50,692 bases of DNA from Parcubacteria group bacterium Gr01-1014_30 (GTDB lineage Bacteria > Patescibacteriota > Minisyncoccia > Minisyncoccales > 2-12-FULL-40-12): positions 1 to 50,692 of the forward strand of contig VMFS01000008.1 of NCBI GenBank assembly GCA_007376185.1. The letters are read 5' to 3'. Below are positions 38,242 through 47,587 of the stretch, piece after piece. Below the pieces are notes generated by a model. It ran no database searches. It saw only the letters and a list, made by a program, of their open reading frames with translations, and was not told the DNA's origin. Position 1 is the first letter of the stretch; every line of letters begins with the position of its first letter. The position numbers and the translations under genes were made by a program.

Positions 38242-41200
38242 TTAACTTTCCACAATTTCCTGGACGTCTTCGCAGATTATTTTGGGGACGCCGTCACGGT
38301 TGTCAACACGGCCGGAAACGAAAACGACTTTGTTTTCCTGAAAAGCCAAAGGGTTTTTCTCAATGACTGAAGGAAAAGCCACCATTTCAATTTTGTCGGT
38401 TAAGTCCTCCAGTTTCAAAAAAAGCATTGGTCTGCCGGTTTTGGTGATTATTTTTTTGATTGATGAAATCACGCCGCCAACTTTGACTCTTTTGTTGATG
38501 AAACTCGCCGATATTTTACTTATCGCCAAAACTTTTTGTTCAAGAATTTTTCTGAAATCTTCCAAAGGGTGCGAGCTCACAAAAAGCCCCAGCAACTCTT
38601 TTTCCCAGCTTAACTTTTCTTGTTTTGTTGCAGGCAGGGCAGGAGTCAGAGTAAAGCCGTTGTTAAAGTTATCGCTGCCGTCAAAAAGCCCTTTTTGGCC
38701 GTTTGATTTTGTTTTTTGGCTTTCTCTTGCCATTTCCAGGAGCCGCTCCAGGTTGGCCAAAAGCTGGTTTCTTTCGACCAGCTTGTCAAAGGCGCCGGCT
38801 TTAATCAAACTTTCCATTGATTTTTTGTTTAGATCTTTTGAGGCCACTCTTTTGACAAAGTCAAAAATTGAGCTAAAAGGGCCTTTGTTTTTTCTTTCTT
38901 CCACAATCGCCTCCACCACGTTGTGCCCCACGTTTTTAATTGCCAATAAACCAAAACGAATTTGCTTTGGCGGCACAACCGTGAAGTTTTTCAAGCTTTC
39001 GTTGACGTCGGGCGGCAAAACCTCTATACCCATTTTTTTGCACTCTGAAATCAGAAAACCGATTCTTTCAACGTCGGCTTTTTCAGACGTCAAAACCGAA
39101 GCCATATACTCAACAGGGTAGTTTGCTTTTAGGTAGGCGGTTTGGTAAGCGATCAAAGCGTAGGCAGCCCCGTGCGCGCGGTTGAAGCCATATCTTGCGA
39201 AAGGCAAAACCCAGCGCCATATTTTTTTGGCCGTGCTTTCTGGAATGCCGTTTTTAATCATGCCTTGAATCAGTTTTTCTTCCTGGGCGTCCAGAAGTTT
39301 TTTGATTTTTTTGCCCACGGCCTTTCTTAAAGTGTCGGCTTCAGACAAAGTGAAACCCGCGAGTTCTCTGGCTATTTCCATTAACTGTTCCTGGAAAATG
39401 CAAACTCCATAAGTTTTCTCCAAAATGGGTTTTAGCTTTGGATGCATGTATTCAACTTTCTTTTTCTTGTGCTTGCCCGAGATGTAGTCGGGTATAAACT
39501 GCATTGGCCCGGGTCTGTAAAGAGAAACCATTACTATAATGTCTTCCAGTTCAGTCGGTTTTAATTCTTTAAGGTATCTTTGCATCCCCGATGACTCCAG
39601 CTGGAATACGCTTGTGGTTTCTCCCTTTTGCAGAAGTTTGAAGGCGGCTTTGTCGTCAAGGGGAATGCCCTGAATGTCAATGCTTTTGCCTCTAACTTTA
39701 TATATTCTTGCCAGCGTGTCTTCAATTATGGTGAGGTTTTTCAAGCCGAGAAAATCCATTTTCAAAAGACCCAGGTCTTCAACGGAGTGCATTTCGTACT
39801 GCGTAACAATGGTCTGGTCGTTTTGAGTCGGGTGCTGAAGAGGCGTTATGCTTTCAAGCGGCTCAGAAGAAATTACGACTCCGCAGGCGTGGGTTGAAGC
39901 GTGTCTAGCGCAGCCCTCAAGTTTTTTGGCGAGATCAATCAGTTTTGTGGCTTGCGGATCTTCTAAATAGACCTGGCGAAACTCTGCAACCTGGGCCAAA
40001 GTTTGATCCAAAGTCAAGCCAAAAGGAATCATTTTGGCGATTTTGTCGCAGTACAAATAGGGGTAGCCCAAAGCCCTGCCCACGTCGCGGATTACGGCTC
40101 TCGCGGCCATTGTTCCGAAAGTTATGATTTGCGCCACCTTGTCTTTTCCGTATTTTTGGGCTACGTAGTTTATGACCTCGTCTCTTCTTCTGTCGGTGAA
40201 GTCAAGGTCAATGTCGGGAGGCGATATTCTTTCCGGGTTGATGAAGCGCTCAAACAAAAGATTGTATTTTAGCGGGTCAATGTTGGTGATGTTGAGCAGG
40301 TAAGCCACCAAAGAACCCCCTACAGACCCGCGGCCCGGCCCCACAACTATGCGGTTTTGCTTTGCCCAGTTCACAAAGTCCTGCACAATAAGGAAATAAG
40401 AGGCAAAGCCGGTTTGCTTTATCGCTTGCAATTCGTAGTCCAAGCGTTCAAGAATCACTTTGGCCGGTTTTTTTCCATATCTTTTTTCCAAACCCTGCAG
40501 GCACAACTCTTTTAAGTAGCCGTCGGCGGTTTTTCCAGGCGGCGTTTCAAACTTAGGGAGTTTTGTTTTACCTAGCTCAAACTCAAAATTGCACTCCGTT
40601 GCGATTTTTTGCGTATTTTCAAGAGCTTCAGGAACCTCTTTGAAAAACTCTGCCATTTCTTCCGGGCTTTTAAGAGAAAAATCGTCCTGCCGCATTGACA
40701 AGCGCTCTGGGTCTTTTGGGTCAGCCCCGGTGTTGATGAGCATCAAAATGTCCTGGGCTTGGGCATCTTCTTTTTTTAAGTAATGCGAGTCGGCCGTGGC
40801 AACCAAAGGTATGCCGGTTCTTTCTGAAATATCTATAAGCACCTGGTTGACGTTTTTTTGGGCGGGAATGTTTTCGTGGTGCTGGAGCTCCAAATAGAAA
40901 TTGCCCTTGCCGAAAATTTCCTGATATTTCAGGGCCTGTTCTTGGGCTTGGGCGCTTTTTCCAGCAAGTATTAACTGCGCCACCTTTCCCTGAAGACAGG
41001 CAGAAAGCGCGATTAACCCTTCTGAATGCTCTTTGAGCAGTTCTTCGTCAATTCTGGGTTTGTAGTAAAATCCTTCAAGAAAAGAGCGCGTGATAAGTTT
41101 TACCAAATTTTTGTAGCCCTTTTCGTTTTTGACGAGTAGAATCAAGTGATATCTTTTGTCATCTATGTTTGGCCTTTCCTGAGTGTGGCCTTCAAAGGCC

Positions 41201-41409
41201 TGGTAGAGTTCCGCGCCAATTATGGGCTTTATGCCTTCTTGCTTGGCTTTTTTGTAAAACTCAACCGCGCCGTAAATATTGCCATGGTCGGTTATTGCCA
41301 GAGAGTCCATTCCAAGCTCTTTGACGCGCTCGACCAGTTGGTCAATTTTTGGCAGGCCGTCCAAAAGCGAGTAGTGCGAATGCGTATGTAAGTGGGTAAA
41401 TTTTGGCAT
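38242..41409 (-). CDS. dnaE: DNA polymerase III alpha subunit
   Basis: HLHTHSHYSLLDG, GPGRGS, PPDIDLDF, KMDFLGL, YGFNRAH. Confidence 0.97.
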   Translation of the reverse strand: MPKFTHLHTHSHYSLLDGLPKIDQLVERVKELGMDSLAITDHGNIYGAVEFYKKAKQEGIKPIIGAELYQAFEGHTQERPNIDDKRYHLILLVKNEKGYKNLVKLITRSFLEGFYYKPRIDEELLKEHSEGLIALSACLQGKVAQLILAGKSAQAQEQALKYQEIFGKGNFYLELQHHENIPAQKNVNQVLIDISERTGIPLVATADSHYLKKEDAQAQDILMLINTGADPKDPERLSMRQDDFSLKSPEEMAEFFKEVPEALENTQKIATECNFEFELGKTKLPKFETPPGKTADGYLKELCLQGLEKRYGKKPAKVILERLDYELQAIKQTGFASYFLIVQDFVNWAKQNRIVVGPGRGSVGGSLVAYLLNITNIDPLKYNLLFERFINPERISPPDIDLDFTDRRRDEVINYVAQKYGKDKVAQIITFGTMAARAVIRDVGRALGYPYLYCDKIAKMIPFGLTLDQTLAQVAEFRQVYLEDPQATKLIDLAKKLEGCARHASTHACGVVISSEPLESITPLQHPTQNDQTIVTQYEMHSVEDLGLLKMDFLGLKNLTIIEDTLARIYKVRGKSIDIQGIPLDDKAAFKLLQKGETTSVFQLESSGMQRYLKELKPTELEDIIVMVSLYRPGPMQFIPDYISGKHKKKKVEYMHPKLKPILEKTYGVCIFQEQLMEIARELAGFTLSEADTLRKAVGKKIKKLLDAQEEKLIQGMIKNGIPESTAKKIWRWVLPFARYGFNRAHGAAYALIAYQTAYLKANYPVEYMASVLTSEKADVERIGFLISECKKMGIEVLPPDVNESLKNFTVVPPKQIRFGLLAIKNVGHNVVEAIVEERKNKGPFSSIFDFVKRVASKDLNKKSMESLIKAGAFDKLVERNQLLANLERLLEMARESQKTKSNGQKGLFDGSDNFNNGFTLTPALPATKQEKLSWEKELLGLFVSSHPLEDFRKILEQKVLAISKISASFINKRVKVGGVISSIKKIITKTGRPMLFLKLEDLTDKIEMVAFPSVIEKNPLAFQENKVVFVSGRVDNRDGVPKIICEDVQEIVES

Positions 41410-41431
41410 AAGTATGTTATAGTATTTTAAT

Positions 41432-42205
41432 ATGAAAGGGCCTGATTTTCAAGAAGAGAAAAAGTTGTGGAGAAGGGGATATAAATATGTTGTGTGTTTG
41501 GACGAAGTAGGTCGCGGCTGTTTGGCTGGACCCGTGGTCGCCTGCGCCGTAATGATAATAAATCCCAAGCACGAAGCACGAAATCCGAAACAAATCCCAA
41601 TGCTCCAAATTCGAAATTCCAAACGATTTGGAAAATTGAAAAATTGGAATTTAGATATTGTTTCGAATTTCGATATTCGAATTTCGAATTTAAAGATTAG
41701 AGATTCCAAAAAACTTTCGCCAAAGGCACGGGACATGTTTTACAAAATTCTGATTTCACACCCAGATATTAAGTGGGGAACAGGCAGGGTTTATCCAAGA
41801 GTGATTGACCGCATCAACATTTTTGAAGCAACAAAGTTGGCAATGGCCCGAGCTATACAAAATTTAGCGCAAAAATATCAACTACAAAAAACAAACGATC
41901 GTTCACAAATTGTAGGTAATGGTTTTTTTATTTTGGATGGGAATATGAAGTTGAACCTGCCGATTCCGCAAAAGGCGATTGTGAAAGCGGATGAAAAAGT
42001 TTTTTCCTGCGCGGCGGCCTCAATCATTGCTAAGGTTAGCAGAGACCGTTTGATGCGAAAATACCATAAAAAATATCCCGAGTACGGCTTTGACAAACAC
42101 AAGGGCTACGGAACAAAACGCCATTTAGTTGCGTTAAGAAAGTTCGGGCCGTGTGAGCTTCACAGGAAGAGCTTTTGTTTGGCTTTTTCAAAGGCGGGGT
42201 TTTGA
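41432..42205 (+). CDS. rnhB: Ribonuclease HII with two repeat-derived in-frame inserts
   Basis: DEVGRGCLAGPVV, DSKKL, AAASIIAKVSRD, HKGYGT, LHRKSF. Confidence 0.94.
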   Translation: MKGPDFQEEKKLWRRGYKYVVCLDEVGRGCLAGPVVACAVMIINPKHEARNPKQIPMLQIRNSKRFGKLKNWNLDIVSNFDIRISNLKIRDSKKLSPKARDMFYKILISHPDIKWGTGRVYPRVIDRINIFEATKLAMARAIQNLAQKYQLQKTNDRSQIVGNGFFILDGNMKLNLPIPQKAIVKADEKVFSCAAASIIAKVSRDRLMRKYHKKYPEYGFDKHKGYGTKRHLVALRKFGPCELHRKSFCLAFSKAGF

Positions 42206-42206
42206 C

Positions 42207-42234
42207 TTGACAAGTGGTTTTGCTGTGCCATACT
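42207..42234 (+). promoter_or_regulatory. sigma70-type promoter
   Basis: TTGACA-16 nt-CATACT with TGn extension. Confidence 0.55.
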
Positions 42235-42312
42235 AAAAGTAGCGCAAGTTGTAAATTAAATAACTGAAAAAACCCGCCCGAAGCTTTAGCTTTTGGGGAA
42301 AGGAGGCCAGAC

Positions 42313-42837
42313 ATGGCTAGCAGAACGCGTCTGTTCGTCGCGGCGCTGGCTTTAATGGCTGGTGCCTGCGTAGGGAGCGGGAATCCAGCCTCGCCAACGA
42401 CGCCTATTATAATCCCGCCGGGTGCAATCGTGCATTGGGTGCCAGTGGCCGGGTCCAACCGACCATTCCGGTGGTGGATCGTATCACTTGATCCGCCAAA
42501 GGGCTCGCGACTCGAAGTCGGCCAGAGTTTTAAGGCCATGATTGGATGCGAAGGGCCGAGCGGATACAGCTACGCTCTGAAGGAGGAGTTTTCCAGCGGT
42601 CCAGGTACTGACTGGATTAGGATAACATCCGGTCAAAGCATGGGGCTGATAAGCGATTGTTTTCGTGGTAGTATGGAGGGTCTTAACAGTACCCTAAGGT
42701 CAACAGGGTACCCTGACTTATCCCACTATCGCTTCTCGGTCTGGACTGAACCGGGGGAGATTATAATAAACCCCGATATTCGTCCGCCGGACCTTGTCGT
42801 TGACGAGCGGATCGACTGGACGATTAATAGGGGGTGA
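42313..42837 (+). CDS. Putative lipoprotein, orphan
   Basis: AAAGGAGG upstream; lipobox-like MAGAC followed by SGNPASPTTP linker. Confidence 0.72.
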   Translation: MASRTRLFVAALALMAGACVGSGNPASPTTPIIIPPGAIVHWVPVAGSNRPFRWWIVSLDPPKGSRLEVGQSFKAMIGCEGPSGYSYALKEEFSSGPGTDWIRITSGQSMGLISDCFRGSMEGLNSTLRSTGYPDLSHYRFSVWTEPGEIIINPDIRPPDLVVDERIDWTINRG

Positions 42838-42854
42838 ATTAGATGCAAATGGTT

Positions 42855-42885
42855 CGGGGCGATCTTCAAAGTCGCCCCCTTCTTT
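42855..42885 (+). terminator. Intrinsic terminator
   Basis: GGGGCGA...TCGCCCC-CTTCTTT. Confidence 0.55.
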
Positions 42886-42939
42886 ATCCACAGGGGCTTG
42901 TTAATGTGGAATTGGTTTTTAAGCTACAATAAATAGTAG

Positions 42940-43401
42940 ATGACTCAAAATATTAACAGAAAAATAATTTTTGCGGCCTTAATTTTAATTTTAGTTTTAC
43001 TGTTTTCGTTTTATTTATACAGGTTTTTTAATCCGTCTGAACCGGCCCTTTCATTTCAGATAGATGGCCGGATTGAGGAAGTTAAGGACGGTTTTGTCAT
43101 AGTTTCCGGAACAGTTAAGTCATTAGATCCGGATGACTTGCGTCGGGAAAGCAAAAGTATTGAGTTTGAGATTACCCCCCAAACTGTCTTTAAAACCAAT
43201 ACCCTTGTCATTACTGCAGAACAACTTCAGAGCGGAGAAACTTTCAGTCCGGAAACCAAACAAAAATCAGGCGACGCTTCTGCCTTAACCGACAATATGG
43301 TTGTCCAGGTTTGGAGCAAGGACGACCTGTTTACTATCAAAAAAGCAACTGCCGTTGAACTTCACTATATTTCCTATGACATTAGCTACCCTGCGCAATA
43401 A
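42940..43401 (+). CDS. Membrane-anchored hypothetical protein (OB-fold-like)
   Basis: N-terminal TM; IDGRIEEV...FEITPQTVF...LTDNMVVQV. Confidence 0.75.
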   Translation: MTQNINRKIIFAALILILVLLFSFYLYRFFNPSEPALSFQIDGRIEEVKDGFVIVSGTVKSLDPDDLRRESKSIEFEITPQTVFKTNTLVITAEQLQSGETFSPETKQKSGDASALTDNMVVQVWSKDDLFTIKKATAVELHYISYDISYPAQ

Positions 43402-45199
43402 ACGCCTATTATTAATCCTCATCATTTTTTTAGCAAGCTTCTTTTTCTTTGACGAAATTGAGGCTTGTTCTCGCACTGTTCAGGGCGGTGGACAAAAGTC
43501 ATGCGAAGAGTTTCCGCCTGGGAATCATCATATAACCTCTGCTTTTGCTGATTGGACCATTGACGGCGGGAATGACGACAGCGGCTATTTTGTTATCTGC
43601 GCCGGGCCTCCAGGGGGTGGTTCTGACGCGCAATGCCATACTGAAGCATGGAGTGACCGAGGAGCATGGTCGGGTGGCTGGACTCTCACTGATGGATCGC
43701 CCGGTAACTGGACATGGGCAAAAACTGACGTTGTTGTGAGCCTTCTGGGGGCCAATTTTGTTCAAGCTACATCGGTCTTAGGCATTAACACGGCTCAACC
43801 TTCTGTTGATATAGGGTGTAATTTTCAGAACAATTGTACGATTGCTAATAATACTTCCGCCACGCTGCAATGGTTTTCTTCCGGTAATCCCTGGTCCTGC
43901 AGCGCATCGGGCGATTGGTCAGGGGGTAAGCCATTGAGCGGTTCTGAATCAACAGGCAATTTAACTTCAAGTAGAACTTATAGTATAACTTGTTCAAATC
44001 CAACTGGTTCGAATAGCGACAGTACGACTGTTACCGTCGGCGCACCACCACCACCGCCACCGGTTAGCTGCAGTCCGAGTTCAAGTGGGATTATAGCCGG
44101 GAGCTCGGCTACCTTCACTGCTGCCGGAGGTAATGGCAGCTATTCATGGTCTGCTCCGGGCGGATCTCCGTCATCCGGGACTGGTAGTTCTTTTACCGCG
44201 ACTTATACTACTTCCGGAACATACTACATTACTGTTTCTAGCGCCGGCCAATCTGATATTTGTACGCTTGGAGTAACAACTCCGCCTCCTACCTGCGGTA
44301 ATGGAGTGAGAGATCCAGGCGAAGCCTGTGATAATGGCGCGAGCAATGGCGCTTGCCCCAGGACCTGTAGCAGTGTCTGTACTGTTAATGATTGTGGCGG
44401 GGGCGGAGGAGGCGGGGGCGGTGTCTGCGGTGACGGAGTGGTAAATTCAGGCGAGCAGTGTGATTTAGGTTCAGGTAACGGCGCTTGCCCTAGTACCTGT
44501 AGCAGTACCTGCACCAACAATAGTTGTACAGCAGTAGTCAGCTGTATTGATGATTCTTTCATTAATTTTATATCCCCACCGCCGTCTTCGGTGACTCCGG
44601 GGCAGGTGATGAATTTTAGCGTTGGCGGCCTTAATACTGGCAATACTCGCTGGTGGCACCCTTCTGTTTATGCGATTGAGAAAATCTCTGGTGGCGTCCC
44701 GGTTACCAGCACTACTAATGAAGGCGGATGTTCGCCAGGCACCATTGATTATGCTCCAGTTTGTTTTGATAAATTTCCGGGCGATAGCCAGAACTGGACT
44801 TTTAGTATTACGGCTCCGGTAGCGCCGGGTGACTATTCTTTTCAGATGAGGATGGTCCATGCCCCTACCGTGGGCGCAATTGATGCTATTTATTTAAAGC
44901 CTGACGGGACCACTTGCCCTGCTCCAGCTGTTTATACCTATTTTGGGAATACTTTGTCATCAACTATAAATGTTAGTTCACCTTCTTGCAGCGGTGGAAT
45001 AGATGTTGGTTTAAGAATTCGCGATAACGGCCAAACCCGGGCGGGGGCGGTTAAAACTGACCTGACTACTTCAAAACTAAGAATATATAAAAACAACACA
45101 ATATACGCTGTTGTGCTGGTTGACCCGGGCTCAAGCGAGGCCTCCAGAATGAACGTTCGCGTTGACGGCCAGACAAGGGCTTTGTGCCTTCTGCCTTAA
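43376..45199 (+). CDS. Secreted Cys/Gly/Ser/Thr-rich surface protein with two Cys-rich repeats and Ig-like domains
   Basis: Signal peptide; CGNGVRDPGEACDNG and CGDGVVNSGEQCDLG; FSITAPVAPGDY. Confidence 0.82.
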   Translation: MTLATLRNKRLLLILIIFLASFFFFDEIEACSRTVQGGGQKSCEEFPPGNHHITSAFADWTIDGGNDDSGYFVICAGPPGGGSDAQCHTEAWSDRGAWSGGWTLTDGSPGNWTWAKTDVVVSLLGANFVQATSVLGINTAQPSVDIGCNFQNNCTIANNTSATLQWFSSGNPWSCSASGDWSGGKPLSGSESTGNLTSSRTYSITCSNPTGSNSDSTTVTVGAPPPPPPVSCSPSSSGIIAGSSATFTAAGGNGSYSWSAPGGSPSSGTGSSFTATYTTSGTYYITVSSAGQSDICTLGVTTPPPTCGNGVRDPGEACDNGASNGACPRTCSSVCTVNDCGGGGGGGGGVCGDGVVNSGEQCDLGSGNGACPSTCSSTCTNNSCTAVVSCIDDSFINFISPPPSSVTPGQVMNFSVGGLNTGNTRWWHPSVYAIEKISGGVPVTSTTNEGGCSPGTIDYAPVCFDKFPGDSQNWTFSITAPVAPGDYSFQMRMVHAPTVGAIDAIYLKPDGTTCPAPAVYTYFGNTLSSTINVSSPSCSGGIDVGLRIRDNGQTRAGAVKTDLTTSKLRIYKNNTIYAVVLVDPGSSEASRMNVRVDGQTRALCLLP

Positions 45200-45286
45200 A
45201 GGTCGTGTTTGGCAGAGGGATAATGGTTTGTTATAATATAAGGGTTGGTGCTATAATAATTAAATAAAAATAAAAAGTATAAAAAC

Positions 45287-46741
45287 ATGAGAAAAAACTC
45301 AATTTTCTATCTTAACTCCGCGCTTTTTATAATCGTTGCGCTGACAGCTATAAACGCCTTTAGTTTGCCGGGGCACGGTGTTATTAAATGGGCGATGGCT
45401 CAAGTCAATGTTATAACAGGCGAAGGGACGATAAACTACCTTGCCCGTTTTGCCGGCGCCCAGAACCCGTCTTACCAAATAGGGGATTCCGTAATATATG
45501 AGGACAGTTTGGGCAACGTGGGCATCGGGACGACGGGGCCTAACAGCAAGCTGGATGTAACCAGCGGTGTAGATGAAATCTTGCGTCTAACCCGCACCGG
45601 CGCGACCTACCCGACTCGCTTCAGGATGGGCACCGACGGCGCTATGGTTATCAGCAACAACAATGCCGACATTGTGACCGTGAGATCGGGCAACGTGGGC
45701 ATCGGGACGACGGGGCCAGTCGGACCCTTGACTTTGGCGGCTGCTACTGCTGGTGCTCGTGTGACGCTGACCTCTACCGGCTCGACGAACGACAACACCC
45801 CGCGTCTTGAATTCTACGGAGGCACCCCATCCAACACTAACAATAAAGTAGGTCCTGCTATCCAAGGTGTATCTGAGGGCACCTGGGGGCGCCATGCTCT
45901 TGTTTTCTACCAGCACGACGCAAATGATTACACGACCGAATCCGAGGTCTTGAGAATAACATCAAACGGCAACGTCGGCATCGGGGTGACGGGGCCGACG
46001 GCAAAGCTGCACATAGGCGGTACGGCGGGAACAGATGGGATAAGATTTCCGGACGGCACTCTTCAGACTACCGCGGCAGGAGCCGGAGCCGGGTTATGGG
46101 CCCCATCTGGTACTAATATTCACAACACTAACTCCGGCAACGTGGGCATCGGGACGGTGAGCCCCGGGACTGCGTTACACCTCAGCAGGCCAAGCAGCGG
46201 GCTGGCCAGCGGCATGGACGTCGCGTGGTTCGTGAACGCGTCCGGCGGCAGCACGCGCATGGTATTTGGAGAGGGGTTAAGCGCCAACCAGTTTGGGACG
46301 TTGATCTGGGATGCCGCCAACAATCTGACCAGCCTCGGCACCGAACAGAACAACCAGCTGGTCAATCTCACGTTGGCCGGCAACGTCGGCATCGGAACGA
46401 CGGGGCCGAATACAAGACTTCAGATTGGCGCTGGTGCTGCCAGCGGCTTGGCGGAAGGACTAACTATCTACAGCGGATTTCCGACCATTTATTTTAGAGA
46501 TTCCGACGAACAATCTGCCATGATTCACGTGAACAGTAATCGGATGTATTTTCTAAGCGGTAGCGGATCGAATGATCCGGGAGGCGGAAATAACTGGGCT
46601 TTACCTCCTGGCGCTCCTGATTGGCCTCTTTGGTTAGAGATGACTACTGGTAACGCGCATTTTGGCAGAGGGGTGGTTTTGACTCCTCTTCCTGTTGACC
46701 CACCCAATTTGACAGACGGGATGATGTGGATGAGGCAATAG
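45287..46741 (+). CDS. Secreted fibre/adhesin-like protein with five GNVGIG repeats
   Basis: GNVGIG(T/V) x5; DGIRFPDGTLQTTA. Confidence 0.82.
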   Translation: MRKNSIFYLNSALFIIVALTAINAFSLPGHGVIKWAMAQVNVITGEGTINYLARFAGAQNPSYQIGDSVIYEDSLGNVGIGTTGPNSKLDVTSGVDEILRLTRTGATYPTRFRMGTDGAMVISNNNADIVTVRSGNVGIGTTGPVGPLTLAAATAGARVTLTSTGSTNDNTPRLEFYGGTPSNTNNKVGPAIQGVSEGTWGRHALVFYQHDANDYTTESEVLRITSNGNVGIGVTGPTAKLHIGGTAGTDGIRFPDGTLQTTAAGAGAGLWAPSGTNIHNTNSGNVGIGTVSPGTALHLSRPSSGLASGMDVAWFVNASGGSTRMVFGEGLSANQFGTLIWDAANNLTSLGTEQNNQLVNLTLAGNVGIGTTGPNTRLQIGAGAASGLAEGLTIYSGFPTIYFRDSDEQSAMIHVNSNRMYFLSGSGSNDPGGGNNWALPPGAPDWPLWLEMTTGNAHFGRGVVLTPLPVDPPNLTDGMMWMRQ

Positions 46742-46749
46742 GGTTTGAC

Positions 46750-46774
46750 CTATAACCTATAACCTATAACCTAT
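46750..46774. repeat. Heptamer tandem repeat (CTATAAC)3
   Basis: CTATAACCTATAACCTATAACCTAT running into the next start codon. Confidence 0.7.
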
Positions 46775-47573
46775 GACCAAAAGTTTTTTCTCCTCACCTC
46801 GAATCACTACAACTTTTTTGCTTTTGGTTCTTTTGGCGTTTTTGTTTAACTTGAATTTTGATGCTTTCAGAGCCGGAGCGCAAGCTCCGCAGGTAGTGGG
46901 GGAGGGACAGCTCGGATTTTTGCCAAAATGGGTTACTCCAACCACGTTTCCGCCAACGGCAACCAACTTATCAGTTAATCAGCCCCCCTTCTGCTTGGTG
47001 CCAGACCCAGTAGCTTTTTTCTCGTGGGACTTTAGCGACCCAGACCCGTGGGACAGCCAGTCCTCGTACCAAGTTCAGGTTGACAACAACTCAAACTTTT
47101 CTTCTCCAGAGCACGACTCCGCCAGAATTTCATCTCCTTCGGGAAATTATGCCACGCCCCAGGGCACGCTGTCTTACAACACGACCTATTACTGGCAACT
47201 AAAGGTTTGGGACCAGCAGAACAATGATTCAGGTTGGATAGCAGATTCTTCTTTTACCACGCCTCTGCATCGTTATCCTTCGGTTGACTTTATCTGGGGT
47301 CCTTTGGGCCCGGCCCAGGGCGAGGAAGTCAGATTTTTTGACCGGTCAACTTGTTATGATGCTGACGGCCAATGTGATTCCTGGGTTTGGGCTTTCCAAG
47401 ACGGAAATCCTTCTTCTTCCACGCGCCAAAACGCGACCACTACTTTTGGTTCCACCGGTCAAAAAACCGTTACCATTGAGGTCAATGACTCTGACGGCTT
47501 TTCCTGCCAGGCAATAGACACAATCAACGTTAGACTTCCTCTGCCCGACTGGAAGGAAATTCTGCCGCCTTGA
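46773..47573 (+). CDS. Secreted protein with FN3-like and PKD domains
   Basis: FSWDFSDPD, YQVQVD, YYWQLKVWD, FFDRS...WVWAFQDGNP. Confidence 0.82.
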   Translation: MTKSFFSSPRITTTFLLLVLLAFLFNLNFDAFRAGAQAPQVVGEGQLGFLPKWVTPTTFPPTATNLSVNQPPFCLVPDPVAFFSWDFSDPDPWDSQSSYQVQVDNNSNFSSPEHDSARISSPSGNYATPQGTLSYNTTYYWQLKVWDQQNNDSGWIADSSFTTPLHRYPSVDFIWGPLGPAQGEEVRFFDRSTCYDADGQCDSWVWAFQDGNPSSSTRQNATTTFGSTGQKTVTIEVNDSDGFSCQAIDTINVRLPLPDWKEILPP

Positions 47574-47587
47574 TAGCCAATAGCTAA

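Noticed and set aside
38363..39121. 252-aa ORF antisense to dnaE, and similar antisense ORFs over purB and purD
   Set aside because: Shadow frames of conserved genes with no independent motifs.
42884..42892. Single TTATCCACA DnaA box
   Set aside because: An isolated match is insufficient to call a function.
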